64,000 nt of DNA from Takakia lepidozioides. Its lineage: Eukaryota; Plantae; Bryophyta. Below, in pieces: positions 12,896 through 26,206 of the stretch. The notes beneath the pieces are model-generated. The model worked only from the letters and a program-made list of their open reading frames with translations. It ran no database searches and was not told the DNA's origin. The stretch is from NCBI GenBank assembly GCA_030704615.1, contig CM060732.1:32240001-32304000 (forward strand). Reading direction: 5' to 3'. The translations under genes were made by a program, and so were the position numbers. The first letter of the stretch is position 1, and each line of letters starts with the position of its first letter.

Positions 12896-13998
12896 TCAAG
12901 TGCAATTTGTAAGGAAAAAAACCTGCAATCCATCGCAATTTTTTGAGGGCCAATTTTGCCTTTAGCTGATACCCTTACTCGTTTAGTGCAGTTGAGAGAG
13001 AAGGGTCTCCACATTACCTGAATCTTGGAACTGTAGTGCTAGAGACAGTGCCCTTTTCAGTCTACTAGAGGGGAAAAAACTTTTGTAAAAACCCAATTCA
13101 GAATTGGCACGTCTTTGCAAACTATGAACAATGTGCCCCATGGTCAATACGGACCTGTTATGTCTTGCTCGAAGATATAATTCGATGTCGGAGTGTGTCA
13201 CACACTGTTGGTTCGAAGGATTGTATTGGGTTGTGCTCTCTGGCGATCTTCCAGCCATCTTTGAATGGACCTCATCATAGCATTGCATGTCGATGACGTT
13301 ATCTTACTATGTCCTGTTCCTGCGGTTCTGGATTTTCCATCAGATGATAGGGTTAGGGGATGTGGCATCCAAGCGGCCGTCGGAACCTTCGCTGAACGTA
13401 TTGGGTTTTCCTTCTTCTGTCTGCGTTCTTGTTTTCTCTTTCGAGACTTTTGAATTTCATTCGGTCTTAGATTTGATCTCATTTCACATTACACCACGCT
13501 ACTATCTCCACACTGCTATCTCGTGAGTCCTGTACTTGTCTTGAATTTTGACAGTGCTTCCCCCATTTGTCTGCTGTCGACTGGGATTGGCTAGAATCCA
13601 TTGTCCGATCTGAGAATTGCTGGAGTGCAAGACGGGACTGCTGGAAAAGTGGGGTCCTTCGAGAATAGTTCTTGAATAAGGCCTGGAGTGTACATAGAGT
13701 TTTCTATACCAGATAGAGTTTTAGTGTTGCCCTACAAGGCTTGCCGGCAGCCTACCACGGCAGTGGCAAGAAATGAAATTGATTCAGTGACAACACGTCA
13801 GTAGCGTGTAACTTAGATCCCATTCTGTCTGGTCTTGCAATCGACGAGTTGATGGACCTGCTTGCGATGTTCCAGTGCTACATGCCATTTTAGGTCGTGT
13901 TATGCGAGCTGCCTAATATGCTGAATCTAGACATAATTGAAGCTGTGCGCACCATGTTTAATCCATTTTCTCGACTAGATCGATCATAGAACTCGTCA

Positions 13999-15930
13999 AT
14001 GATGAAAGAGCATTGCGGGTACCTGAGTTATCAGAGTGTGGACACACTCACCCAAAGAGATCGAGACGACAGGGGGAAGAAGCTTGCAAGGAAAAAGCTT
14101 TCGTGTAGAGAGTTCAACATGTTTCTTAGTTGCCTTGTACACATGATGATGCGGAATTTGAGACCTAAGAGTTGGTCAACAACTCCCAGGAACACCCTTG
14201 AAATGCCTAAAGTCCAAGTCTTATCTGGGTCCAAGCAAGTCCCAACCGTCCACCCCTTTGTTGCTTTGACTTTCCATGCGGCTTTAAGTGGATAGATGCA
14301 AACTTGCATTGGGTTACTGCCTTTAGAAGCAGGAAGCGTGGATCGTCCAAGTAGACTAAATTGGAGAAAGTGCTTGCTAAATTGCCTTGCTACCATGTCG
14401 CCAGTATGTGAAGGATGATGCTGTTTGTCCTCCGGAAGAAGATTGTTTCACAGATCAGACTTGGCGTCTCCTTGCATCACACCATAATGCGGTCTTCGAG
14501 TTTGTGCATCTGCCTTGGATTTGCACGCTAGTGAACTCGGTTTGTGATTAAGTTAGGTCTTCGATCATCAGAAATCTATGGCAAAGGGCAGATTGCGTCC
14601 CCGAGGCTTTGGCCGTGCAATGGTCACATCAGGAGTCTAATGCATTTCCGGTTGGTGCCTGTCCTTCTCTGATCTATATGGGTTGTATGTCATGATCCTG
14701 ATGAAACGTACTGTGAGGGCATTCATATCTGGCCCACATATACACACACGCCTTGCCATTGGCATCATCGTATTCATGGGTCTGGGTTGGTTTTCATACT
14801 GGTCACTCCACCCTGCTCAAGCTCCTCTCGATCGGGAGGGATCAGGCACCTGCGTGCACAACTATCTGCTGACAAGATTTCTCACACCCATCACTTAGGC
14901 CTAGACCTTCTCTGTTGACTATCATCTTTTGCTGCTTAATTGAGATCCCAATTTGCAGTTCGAATGACAGGAAACTATTGTAGACACCAATAAATTAGGA
15001 CTCCGGCTTTTTTACTAGTCCCAGTTGTTCGATGGCGTAGTGCCTCAATGGAGAGAATCAGAACCTCCAGCAAGCAAGAAATGGTCAGAGTTTAAATCGT
15101 GCGCCAGAGAGAGAGACCTTAGGCTACACACAAGCCTGAGGTGATCTTCGCTCACCACCGCGTGTGAGGTTGTCAACGAAATGGATAGGAACGAAGACGC
15201 GTTAAAACCTCATCAACCAACTTAAGCTCCCTCCCTTGAGAGCATGAAGAGTGCGAATGAAAGAAGGAGAAAGGACCTGCTAGCCTACGTCTAGCCGCCA
15301 ACGAGCCACCAGTTACGCAATCAGCAACAAGTAAGTTGTTAACATCGTGCATAACCGTCGCCCGCCACCATAAGCACCCACCTACAGTATTATCTTCCTA
15401 ACAGATCATGCATGAGAAATTAGTGACTTCCTCCATCTGATGGGGCTTGGTAGGGACAGGGACACTTTGGCCCAGATATCCTAAGCTTATTAGCTTTCCC
15501 ACAGTATCTTTCCCAGGTCTCGCAACATTGATTTGGATCAACTGATCTAGGTTACATGTGCTCATTTGGCGGCTTTCCTGGATTCCGAATATTCGGCGCG
15601 GCAGCTGCAGACTTACCGGTAATGGAAGATCAGTTGAAGCCATTCCCTTAACTGCTTCCGTGATCAGCTCGCTCTAAGTCAGCTGACCGGTCTATGGCTT
15701 GGAATTGTACACCTGGTGGTGACAGCAGTTTGGCAGAGACTTGGACATGATGGAATCACTTATAATATGGTCCTGTGTCGTACCTGCCAACTTCGAGGCT
15801 CGCGGCAGATCTTTTCATTGTATGTGGGTCCCACTGATACTCGGTATCTTGTATCTGCCCTTTGTTGTTGTCAGTGATGTGGTTAGCAGGCTGCAACGTT
15901 TCGCTGCAAACATGTGCAGCGTAACCAGAT
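13999..15930 (+). mobile_element. Heavily degraded piggyBac-like (DDE_Tnp_1_7-type) transposase remnant
   Basis: Collinear motif fragments across frames: EFNMFLSCLVHMMMRNLRPKSWST (~14110), FDHQKSMAKGR (14560), CISGWCLSF/LIYMG (14641), IIVFMGLGWFSY...GTC (14764-14853), VVRW (~15025), ISDFLHLMGLGRDRDTL (15419), FRDQLAL (15656), Cys-rich CCQ*CG*QAATFRCK/CSV (~15865-15925). No TIR or TTAA ends identified. Confidence 0.5.
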
Positions 15931-16761
15931 TTATCAACAAACCAGGGTACAGAGTTACAACTAATTGGCAGACCTTATCATTTATGTAAGTGCACAGGAT
16001 CCGATGCATCGCCTCACTTAATAAACTCAGTTTGTTCCTATCATTAGGCTGATCTCTGGGCAAACCGTGACGAACCCAGTTTGCCCAACTCCCTTCGAAC
16101 TTCGAAGTGCATGGCAGCAAGTCAAGTAATTACATGTCACATCTGAAGCTTTCCTGGAAAGCTTGAAGCCGTCAAAGTGTAATGGCGTGTTTACTTATCC
16201 GTTGTAAACCAACGAGGAAGAAGAAAAAGTTTAAAGTTGGACGTTATACTTAAAGCTCAAGCAGCTTATGAGAACAGGACAAAGGAAAGCAGGAAACGAG
16301 GAAAGTGGGACCTCGACGAGCAACCCAAAAACAAGTGTTGATCGAGAGATTCTCTAAGATGAGCGCCTCATGCAGACATGCTGCCAACTTGCCAAGCATT
16401 ATCATTATGATTATAGTACCTGGAAAGGCCTACTAACCATCAAAGATTTAGTAGACCCTAAGAGAATAGCAGGAAAATAATCCCAAAAGCTAGATCCCGA
16501 GCGACCCCACCATCTTTCTTTCCCCTAAGTTGATTCGCATAAGTTAGGGTCGGCCACAGCTGCTAACTTACCAAGGCCGCCCAATAAACCTGCCCAAACA
16601 TGAGGACATCCACCCAGGATGTGCGCACCAATTCCCCACTTCAAGCGATCGTTCAGAGTGTGGTGGGTATGTCCTGTAGTCATGTAGTGTAATCTTTTTA
16701 TCAGATGTCAGGTTCTGTGTTTATACTCAGCTCTCTCCTCTCTCTATCCAACACTTGAGCA

Positions 16762-16861
16762 GGTAGCCCAGTGGTTTGGGGTTTGAGCCTTGCCTGTGCA
16801 ACAACATAAGTGTCCTGGGTTCAATCCTCTCTCTCTCTCTGTCTCTCTCTCTCTCTCTCTC
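16762..16861 (+). mobile_element. tRNA-like Pol III promoter (A and B boxes) followed by a (CT)n tail; SINE-like
   Basis: TAGCCCAGTGG at 16764-16774, GGTTCAATCC at 16818-16827, then a (CT)n microsatellite to 16861. Confidence 0.45.
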
Positions 16862-17474
16862 AGAGACTGATTCAAATTGCTCATACCTGAAGTAGACCAC
16901 TTTCGATCCTAAAGCCTAGCAAGGAGGAGGGATGGGACTGCTCCGTGTGGATACTTTTTGGGACGCCACGCAGAGCTAGGAGAGATATCAAGGGAGTCTC
17001 CGGCTCAAATCTGGTCGTAGGCTATGTGGAAAAAGAATGGCTTGCTTCACATATTGACTTAGATGACATTGGACACTTGGGCCAAGGGCACAGACTACAG
17101 TTTGTTTGTTTGTAGCTCCTCCCTACAAGGGAGAGACCACGCATTGGTGCCAAAAATGAGAAAGATCCTGATATACCTCCACTAGATAGTACCTACATGA
17201 AGCACATAATCCTCCCCCACTCAAATGCTAACTTGAATGTACATTGATTGGATAAGACCCCTAAGTGAATCTAACACATGTAAACTATTCATAAATGAAG
17301 ACCCATGTTGCTCCCAGGTTTCCTTTAAAATGCAATAGGCATGTATAGTAGAATGTATAAATATATGGCTTAACATTAAAATAAAAGAGTAGCCTTTTTA
17401 TTATAATTTACTATATATATTTTTGGATTTTATCTGTAATATTAATTTGATGCAGTCACATTTTTTAATCCTCG

Positions 17475-20398
17475 TTTTTTTTTTTTTTGGTGAAAATATG
17501 TTTACTTTATAGCAGGGGTGGGGATACATCCTAAGAAAAAATAACCTCTCCAACGGGTGCCATAGAGGCTGACCCAGGAAGACACTGCTTCGTCACCAAG
17601 AACAAAGAAAAAAGCGGGCCAACCGAAATTGGCCAAGGAGAGACCAAGCTAAACAACTTGGAATTAATTACCCTAGTAGCTATCACGCTTCCTTTTGTAT
17701 GTCTGAAAGGAGAGTTGTGTCCTAGATCGAGTTTTTCTAAGAGAGCGGCGGCGGCGTCTCCAGTTCACTTCAGATTCCTCGCCATCTGCCGGAGAAGGAG
17801 GAGCACTAAACGAGCTCCCAGTTGCAAGGGATGGAGCCGTTCCAGGAAATTCCCGAGGGTGAGTCTCTAGAGCAGATGATCTGTCTCTTGCCCCACAAGT
17901 TGTCAAACTGCGAGAAAAGTTGGTCCCTTCGCCTGTTGCTGCACCTGCAAACAACTTCACTCCACACCCGCCAAGCCTTACAGGCTTCAAACATTAAGTC
18001 TGAATGAATCAAGTACAGAATGACTCTGACACTACTTGGTCTCCCACCGAAGACTCTCTTACATCTTGCTCTCCAAACATGCCATAAGGTAAGGGCTCTG
18101 ATCGTAGACCAGACAGGGCATTGGGACCACAAGCCACCTTGAGAGAAATTAAGAAGCTGAATCGAAACACAAGGAAAAGTAAGAGTTTGCCACTGTCTGT
18201 AGAAAGCACCAACATGGTTCCAAACAATTGAAGCCAAGGGGCAGTTGACCAGACAATGTTCAATGGTCTCGGGAGCCTGCAGATTACAGTGGTCACATTC
18301 CACAGAACCATCCTGAAAAATGAACACGGACAGGAAGAATCTTGTTGACTAATTTCCACAAGAAGCCCGTAATCTTAGATGCTCTGTCTTTGCGCCATAC
18401 ATCTTTCCAGACCAAGGACCACTATGAAGGGCAATCAGGAATGTGGCCCCATTTGCCAGACCATTTGGAATCCATGGACACATTTGAGAAGGGAGAGATG
18501 GGTGATTGAAGGAACCAATGGAGAAAAGGGTTGGTATGCGAACCATTTTCCAGCTTTGGGTTAGTCTCCCCCGAGGCCATACACCAAACACGAATGGCAT
18601 AGCATTGATGTTCAGGCAGAACACAAAGGATGGGTGAGAAAAAAGGAGCCAGAGGGCTTAACCTGGAACTTCCATCCATTCAGCAAGGCGTCAGATCTAG
18701 CCATGGAAAAGAAGGTTGCCTTCAGCTGTGTCAAAGCCAACCCAGGTAGACAGCATTCTAAGATTTGCAGGATAGGAGGCAAGGGAAAAGTGACCAGGTC
18801 CCAGCCTGCATACGCTCTTCTGCTAGATAAGTTGGTTGTAGCTTCAATCATGGGTAACAATGCACCATTTTCCCAAACGTGGGAGAAATGGCTGATGTTG
18901 GCAGCCTCCCAAGGAGCCCAACGATTAGAGCATCTTACTAGAGCAGCAGCCTCTCTATTTGTGTTGCCACCCAAATAGATCTCCACGCCAACGATCCCAC
19001 CCCTGGCTTAGCGTTTAAAGAACCGCCATGAATCACCCACTTTAGAGTTTGAGGCCACAAGTTCGAGGAGGAGGGGGTGGCACGCAGAATATGTTGCCTG
19101 ACCAGGATGCTCCACGGAGCAGCAAGATTCCCAAAAATTCGTGGAACCCACTTAGCGAGTATAGCGCATATTTGTGTGTCCGGATCGAGGATCCCCAGGC
19201 CACCGTTTTTCTTTTTCTGCGAGATCTGGTCCCAGCTAACTAGAGCCCTACAGTTTGGCCTTGAAGGTGTGGCTCCCCAAATGAAATTGCGGATTAGAGC
19301 TTTCACCTTCTTGATAAAGACAGCTCCAGGGGACCATACGGAGGATATGAACCAACAAGAACCCAGAAAAATCTGATTGGCAATTAAGGCTCGACCAATG
19401 ATGGTGAGATGTAAGGAGCTCCAGTAGGCCAGATGCTTCTTAAGGCGCGCCAAGATGGAGTCACCTCTGTGGGAGTCATCTAGGCCATGTCCAATGAGGT
19501 GACCCAAAAGAACGTGGCACTCCCCATCATCCAGCCAACGGAGGTTGAAATCTTGACCCCACTGCTGACAGTGAGAAGAAGAGCTGCCAGTCCGAAGCTT
19601 CGAGAGCAGACCAACCGATTTCCTCCAATTCACACCAAGACCTGATGCTTCGTAGAAAATGGATAAGCAATCCAAGGCACATGAAACATTAGCCCTGGAG
19701 CCATTGTTGACCAGGAGAACAGTATCATCGGCATACATGGAGGATTTTATGCTGTAGGAGGGAGATGGGGGGCAGGGCACCTTGAGGCCTATGACGTCCT
19801 CACGACTATGCAGTAGATGTCCAAGCCCGTCTGCTGCTATGAGGAAAAGAAAAGGCAATAAAGAACATCCCTGCCTGACGGAGCGGAAGAGCCGAAAAGG
19901 GTTAGATAAGACTCCATTGAGCATCACCTTACTACTGGCAGATAACAGGAGGATCTTGTTCCAGTTAAGAAAATCCCTGAAATTTCGCATTTTTCAATAG
20001 CAGAGACGAGGAAGTCCCAGACTATATTGTCAAATGCCTTCTCAAAGTCGAGCATCAACAAGGCCAAGGGTTGATTCGAGTCATGCGCATGATGGAGGGC
20101 TTCGTTAACCAAGAGAACATTGTCAAGGATCATCCTCTTTTTCATAAATCCAGTTTGTTCCGGCCTAATCATCTTTTGAAGCAGGGGCTGAAGGCGAATC
20201 GCTAAGGCCTTGGCGATTATCTTGTAAACAGAATTCAATAGAGTTATAGGCCTATAGTTCCTAATATCGTCTCTGCTACCCTTCTTAAAGATGAGGGTGA
20301 TGACACCCAGTGAAAACTAGGATGGCATAATGCCCTTCGAGAGGACGTCTTGAGCCATGGCCAGAAAATCCCCGCCCATCTCAGGCCACATAGCCTGG
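17475..20398 (-). mobile_element. 5'-truncated, degenerate non-LTR retrotransposon (L1/Tx1-type ORF2: reverse transcriptase plus C-terminal zinc finger) with poly(A) tail
   Basis: NYRPITLLNSVYKIIAK, QTGFMKKRMILDN, LDFEKAFD, SVRQGCSL, MYADDT, CDHC...ETIEHCLVNCP. Frameshift near 19990, stops near 18938 and 20318. T14 run at 17475-17488 marks the 3' poly(A). No TSD recognised. Confidence 0.93.
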
Positions 20399-20704
20399 TT
20401 AAAGACTTGAAGCAGCCCAAAAATATACAAAAATTTGGTCTTGCAGCGCGGGGAAGGGATGTCGCGTGCTCGAGCGCGGAGGGGTTTCATACACTGCAGG
20501 TGGTATTTTTGGTGCAGCTAAGCAGACATAGATTGAAACACGGCCTGCTAAGACCAAGCTGAATCTCCCAAGAACCTTGTAAACATCATGATGGTGGTTC
20601 TCACAGACCAATCCGACATTACCTGACTACGGACAGGGCACCTTCTTCTTCGACCTATTTCAGTCTGTTTTGCCCTCTCATCAGACTCGGGCCTGAGATG
20701 CATA

Positions 20705-21454
20705 TCGAATTATGTAAGTTAGCTCGTTGGGTGGATCTGTGGGGGTAATTTGGAGTGACGTTGACAAGTTACTACAGTCGATATAGCAGCAGGAAAGTAT
20801 TGAAAAGCAGATAACAGAGGCGAGGAGGAGCTCTAGAATGAATATGTTTCTGACCGCAGTCAAGGGTGGAACATTCGAGGCAAAAAGATGAAAGCGTAAG
20901 TCATCATAGGAACTAGTGTGATAATTAGGGTTGCGGTCTTTGCTAGAACAAATCTAGGCCGTCATTGTCAGCTCCACGTTACCTATGATTCCCTGTAGAA
21001 TGATAGCTACAAGAAATCTGCATGGGTAGATGATCAACTGGAAGCCGCAGCAACAGCGGCACAATTGATAAAATGTGGCACTGCTAATCAATGCACCTGC
21101 TCCAACACATTTCACCCTGTTTTCCCATCTTATCAAAATCGGCCCTAAATTTCCATGTTGAATGCTGCAAGTTACATGGTTGATGAATCTAGCTTGGAGT
21201 GACTTTGACATAATACTGCCAATGTGACAATAGGAAAGTATCCAAAAACACGTATCAGAGATGAGAAGGAGCTGTGGAATGAATACTTTTCATGTGGCAT
21301 GTGAAGATGCTTTATGAGGCAGGTAAACTGACAGAGACACTACAAACTTTAAACCAAGAGGGCATTTCAGCAGATTCAGATACGTATGTCTCTCTCTTGC
21401 TTAAGTGCATCAAGATGAAAGGTCTGCAAGCTGGAAAGCAGGTGCACACTCATA
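20705..21454 (+). pseudogene. Truncated inverted copy of the upstream region and N-terminal coding segment of the PPR gene at 28258-32090
   Basis: HVKMLYEAGKLTETLQTLNQEGISADSDTYVSLLLKCIKMKGLQAGKQVHT matches HVKLLCEAGRLKEALQTLNQGGISADSDMYVCLLHKCIKMKGLEAGKQVHT (31500-31660, -). Non-coding 20880-20974 matches the reverse complement of ~31950-32055, and 20705-20730 matches ~32058-32082. Confidence 0.85.
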
Positions 21455-22799
21455 GATACATAGGGATCGAGGAGTCTCTGTCTTGTAAGCTAAGGTGCTT
21501 TCTGATGTACTCCCTAACATGCCAGAAATGCACAATGACTGTAGCGGTACATATTCTTGCGACTCTGGTGCATAAAGGTAACTATCAATTTGTATGGACT
21601 TCTAAAACTCTATGTTGGTGTTGCTAAGTGCATTATCTTATTGTTATCTTGGCAGGATCAAGTCTAGCCAAAAAAATGTAGTATGTAGAACAAAATAGTA
21701 TTGCAGATTTCTGTTTGTCAACAGGTTGATAGGTAGCTGCTTATGTAGTTTCCTATAGTTTGTTGGTGCCCACATGCATCGCTAGAACATGTGATTTTTA
21801 CATTGCTGTTATAGCGCTTTGCTCGTGGTGGTATTGGTTTCTCGTTGCACTGAAGCTTGCAAGTGTGCTAGTATCTGGCCCACAAGGGAATAGATGTGCA
21901 TGTTGCATTTTGTCCACTATTTGAGCACTGCAGGAAGCAGTTTGAGGAAACTTGGGAAAGATACTAATGTGGCCTTGGATGTTTGTCTATGCAATGGCAT
22001 CGACAGGGCATATGCGTGGCAAACAGGTGATTTCTCCAATTCCTTTCATGTGCTCTGGAGGAAATTATCTTACCCAAAGAGTGAATTATGCCTCATTGAT
22101 GACTGGTACACCTAGATGTTGGAGGGAAGGAATAATCTCGAGATTAGATGTCTGTTTATGGTACTTTTTGTAGTTGCTATGCAAATTGAAATGGAAGAGT
22201 CTGGATCCCTAGAATAATTTGAGGTTTGATGACACTAGGGTCCATTTCTGTATATGAAGCTGCTTCTTGCCTGAACTTGTTGGGGGATGTCAAAGAAAGA
22301 CACCAGGTTGTATGACACAGGAGCAGGAAATGAACGAACTAATGCATTAGAAGTATCTGGAACTTATATCAACTAAGAGAGGAGACCAATATAGATTGTA
22401 CTCATAAGACGTTGTTTGTCATAGCATTGTGGCCATTGACCCCGCGGGCAGTTGCAGGATTGGGTGGATCAAAAGCGGCACATGTTGAGTCCATTTGGAA
22501 GTCCATGGAAAAAAAAAAAATTGAATCTATTGCTTTCAGTTTATTTAAAAAAATAGATAGTAGTATATATAACATTTTTAGTAAAGAGTCCCTCCTCAAA
22601 GATTGAAAATATTTTTTACTAGATATTTTAATCTATAATTTTTTGAAAAAACATTTAGACATCAAAATCTATAATTTACAACCACTTGTCCATATACCAC
22701 CTAGCACCTCTAGATTATAGGTTTGTATGCCTTTTTAGTAAAAGAAGACATCTCAAAAACCCAAAACATAAGATGCTATGGATTAGAGCAAATCAACTT

Positions 22800-24036
22800 G
22801 TTTTTAGGTGTAGAGCAAGGTCTGTGGTGCAGGACTCCTGATTATGAAGAGGACCATCGTCTCCATGGTCGGGCTCCTCCCCATGAGTCCCAATGTGTTG
22901 CACAGCAACCTTCCCTTCCAGGTGTAGGCTCACCGTCTTGCAACAGCTCTGTGGGTGACCCGAACATAGGTGAAGTAGGCGCGACTGGAAGGGGCTATTT
23001 ATGAGCTCGTTGCAGGACATCCCAATGTACTTGATGAGAAGGCAAAGCAGGAGGGGGTGTTGTCACATGATCTTCATGAATATCATCACCTGACAGTCGG
23101 TGATTATCCAGGTTGCGTCTACTATCCCCCAATAGTTGCACCTGTAGAAATGCTTCCATGTAGGCGTCCTACAATGTTGCATGGTCGATATCACCTACAA
23201 TGTGAAAGAACCATAGCATGAGTTTAAGGGCACCACAAACAATGCAGACATATAGAAGGCAAGTGCATTCAGCGAAAAGCATGGAAACATTATCACCTTC
23301 TGTGAGCGAAATCCAGTCCATGTCAATGTCTTCACGATGCTTGAGGATATCCTAGAAGACTTGAATTACTTCATGTCTCTCAGAATGGCTGCTTGTATTA
23401 ATACACCACAATGTGTCAAAAACCTTTGGCTTCCACATGGCTAGATCCCCCAAAGCACGAAAACGAGTCATTTCAATGAAATCAGTCATCTCCTTCTTCA
23501 TATCATCTCTATAACTCGAATCGGCATGTAATAAATCCTTCACGCTTCTGCTTGTCTCATGCACGAGATTCTGTGGCAGGTATGCAAAGAGAAAGCGGTC
23601 AACAATGTGGAAATTGGCTGCAGCATGTCTGAGCATGACATTGCCCTCTTTGGTTCCAACAAGTTGAACCAGCACGTCATGCAACAATGGGTTTGTAGGA
23701 GATGAGACCGCCTCGGTACTACTGGGATATGACATCCAGATTGTCCGCAACACCTGCAAAATTACCGGGCAGTTCACAGATGGGCCTACCTTGCGGTACC
23801 TTGCAAGCACACCCTGTAGGAGGCTGGATTCGTCCTGCGAGTGTTTCATGAAAGTAGGAAGGGAAGCAGGCATAGTACCAGCATGAACAATGTTGTAAAC
23901 AAGGGACCAACCCCACTTACGCTCCTTCTATTCACGATGGAAATTGACATCCCACACAGCTAGCTGGTCTTCAACGTACTTGTTTATGATGATCTGCAAC
24001 TCTGTCTGTCTTGCTATTTCTTTCGTTTCGCAAGCT
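22800..24036 (-). pseudogene. Degraded multi-exon gene of unknown family
   Basis: 173-aa ORF at 23352-23873 continues in frame past a TAG into further coding-like sequence with more stops. Upstream exon-like block ACETKEIARQTELQIIINKYVEDQLAVWDVNFHRE*KE ends at a GTAAGT donor near 23920. No family recognised. Confidence 0.35.
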
Positions 24037-25018
24037 GAAACGGAAGTCACGTAACGACTTTGTCCTAAGGTTATACGATTATAGTACTTGAACGGAAGCA
24101 CGTAGTTTCCGCATTAATCCGCACTACAAGACAACCCCCTCGGTAGTGCAGTTATAGTACGCGCACGCGTCAGGTGCGCACTAGCACGTGAAATCCCAAA
24201 GAAGGCGTAAGTTTCCTTGCCCCTTGGATGGGAGTCACCCGATTTCGGCACTGCACATACAAACACACGATTAATCCAATTTACCTCTTTCACTTTTGTA
24301 AGCTAGTATGCATTCTCCACACTAGCCAACCATACCATGCATCACCATTCCAAACAAAATAGGACGCACAACATTTGGAAACCATTCCATTTATAATAAA
24401 ATTTGTACAACACAAGGTTTTACAATCAGATTCTTGAGCTAGCTAAGCCGGGCTAAGCATGCATTTCCTCCCCCACGATCCAAGGTTGATGTCCCCATCA
24501 ACGCTTCTTCTGCACCCTTGAGTGCCTTGGACACTCAAGGAGGCGGAGGCGCTCACTAGGTGGAGCCCCGCACACCGGATTGCGGTGGGGGTGGTTTCAC
24601 GAGGGGTGGTGGTAGCTTAGTGGGTCTTAGTGGGGGTGGCATATAACTCATCATGGGGCGGAGACCTTGTGGTGGGAGTCGTGGGGAGTCTTGGGACTCA
24701 TCACGGTCCAATGGGGCCGTGGTGGGTGGGTCAAGACTCACCGCGACTCATCACCGGAAATCGAGGGTCTTCGTGGTGGTTCCCCATAAAATGACTGGGT
24801 TGTTTGTGAAACCCCCGCGAACAGTCACAGAAGTATATATAGGGAGTAGTAACCCCGAGAACGGTGCAAGCCCGTTGGTGACAAAAAACTAGTGAGTAAG
24901 CATGTGAGCCGGAAAACGACCAAGGTGTGGGGAGCTATTCCGGACTGCCATCAACCAAAGGGAATTTCCACTAGGCCCAAATTGAGCGAGGGTCTCGTGG
25001 AGGAGTAAAGGGGGACTG

Positions 25019-25939
25019 TTATGTCCCGGTGAGCAGCCGAAGCTCCGAGTTGGTCCGGCGGCCAGTTTGGGAGTCAGGCGCGCGCATCAAAACGCTATGA
25101 CGTGAAGGGGAGCTTACCGAAGTGAGGTGCGCGACACGGCCGCTGCTTTCGAGAAGCTTTGGGCCGCTTCCTAGAAGCCTTGGGCGAGGGCGATAATCAC
25201 CAGCATCATAGCGAGACACATGTATATCAAATTTAGTCCACACCCCGGTGCCAATGTCACAATCCATCAGATTGTAGTCAATCAGAGTAGGGCCACATAT
25301 CACACTATCTGTCCATCCATAAACAGTATGACCTACTCGGGGCATCTTTCGAGTCTTGGTCCAACACTCGCAAATTGAGTCGTAGATTTGTGTTCTCCAA
25401 AGTCTCCGGCGGCCATGCCCGCATGATATGATAATGACCTTGTAGGTGTTGGTGCATCTATCCACAATCATATTTACTCTTTCAATGTCGTAACGTGGTG
25501 GATTGTGAGGCGGGGCAGGCAATTATCTGTAACTGTTCAACGGAGGATTGTACACAATCCATGATAATAAGGGCTTAAAGCCCTCGTCTGTTAAGCAAAA
25601 TAAGCCTCCATCTGCAGCATGAACTCTAGTGAACAGTAAATGGACCTTGGGCAGTCTGACGCCGAACTTGTGCCAACGTCGAGTTGTGGGGGCATACACC
25701 ATGCAAACATTGGGCTGGATGTCTATATATAAGACATTGGAGTCTTCCCCAAGAGGGAGCCGCTGACGGACTTGTTGGAAATAAGCAGTAGATGGGAGGG
25801 AGTTCCACAACTTGCAAACCGACTTACATCTCACAAGACTTCGATATGGCAAAAAAACCAACACTAGCATCACTAACTCGAAAGGGAGCTTCTCCTCCTC
25901 CATGCTGCCTAGGTGGTTTCGGTTACAAAACCTCTCCAA
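25019..25939 (-). pseudogene. F-box (kelch/FBA-like) pseudogene with one in-frame stop
   Basis: LPFELVMLVLVFLPYRSLVRCKSVCKLWNSL, AADGGLFC, VYNPPLNSYR*LPAPP, YKVII, TQIYDS. The two listed ORFs abut in the same frame across TAA at 25523-25525. Confidence 0.85.
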
Positions 25940-26184
25940 TTGTGTTAGATTGTGATCCTAACACGGAGCTTGGAGGAAAGAAAAGAAGGGAAAGAAAGAC
26001 TCAGCCTTGAGCCTCTCAGAGTTCATACCCATGAGCGCCACTATTGTTGGTATCATTTTTTTGCTATCAAAAGCCTTGTTCTTGCTTTTGCTATTCTGGT
26101 ACTTCAACCTTCTTTGCTAACCATCCACTTCCCTTATTATACTGTTTTGCAGCCATGCTTTCTATTTTGGTCTTTGTCCAAGCT

Positions 26185-26206
26185 GAAGAAGAAGAAGAAG
26201 AAGAAG
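26185..26206. repeat. (GAA)n microsatellite
   Basis: About seven GAA units, read directly. Confidence 0.9.

Noticed and set aside
24487-24883. Possible solo LTR (TG...CA with a TATA-like motif)
   Set aside because: No target-site duplication, PBS/PPT or second copy visible.
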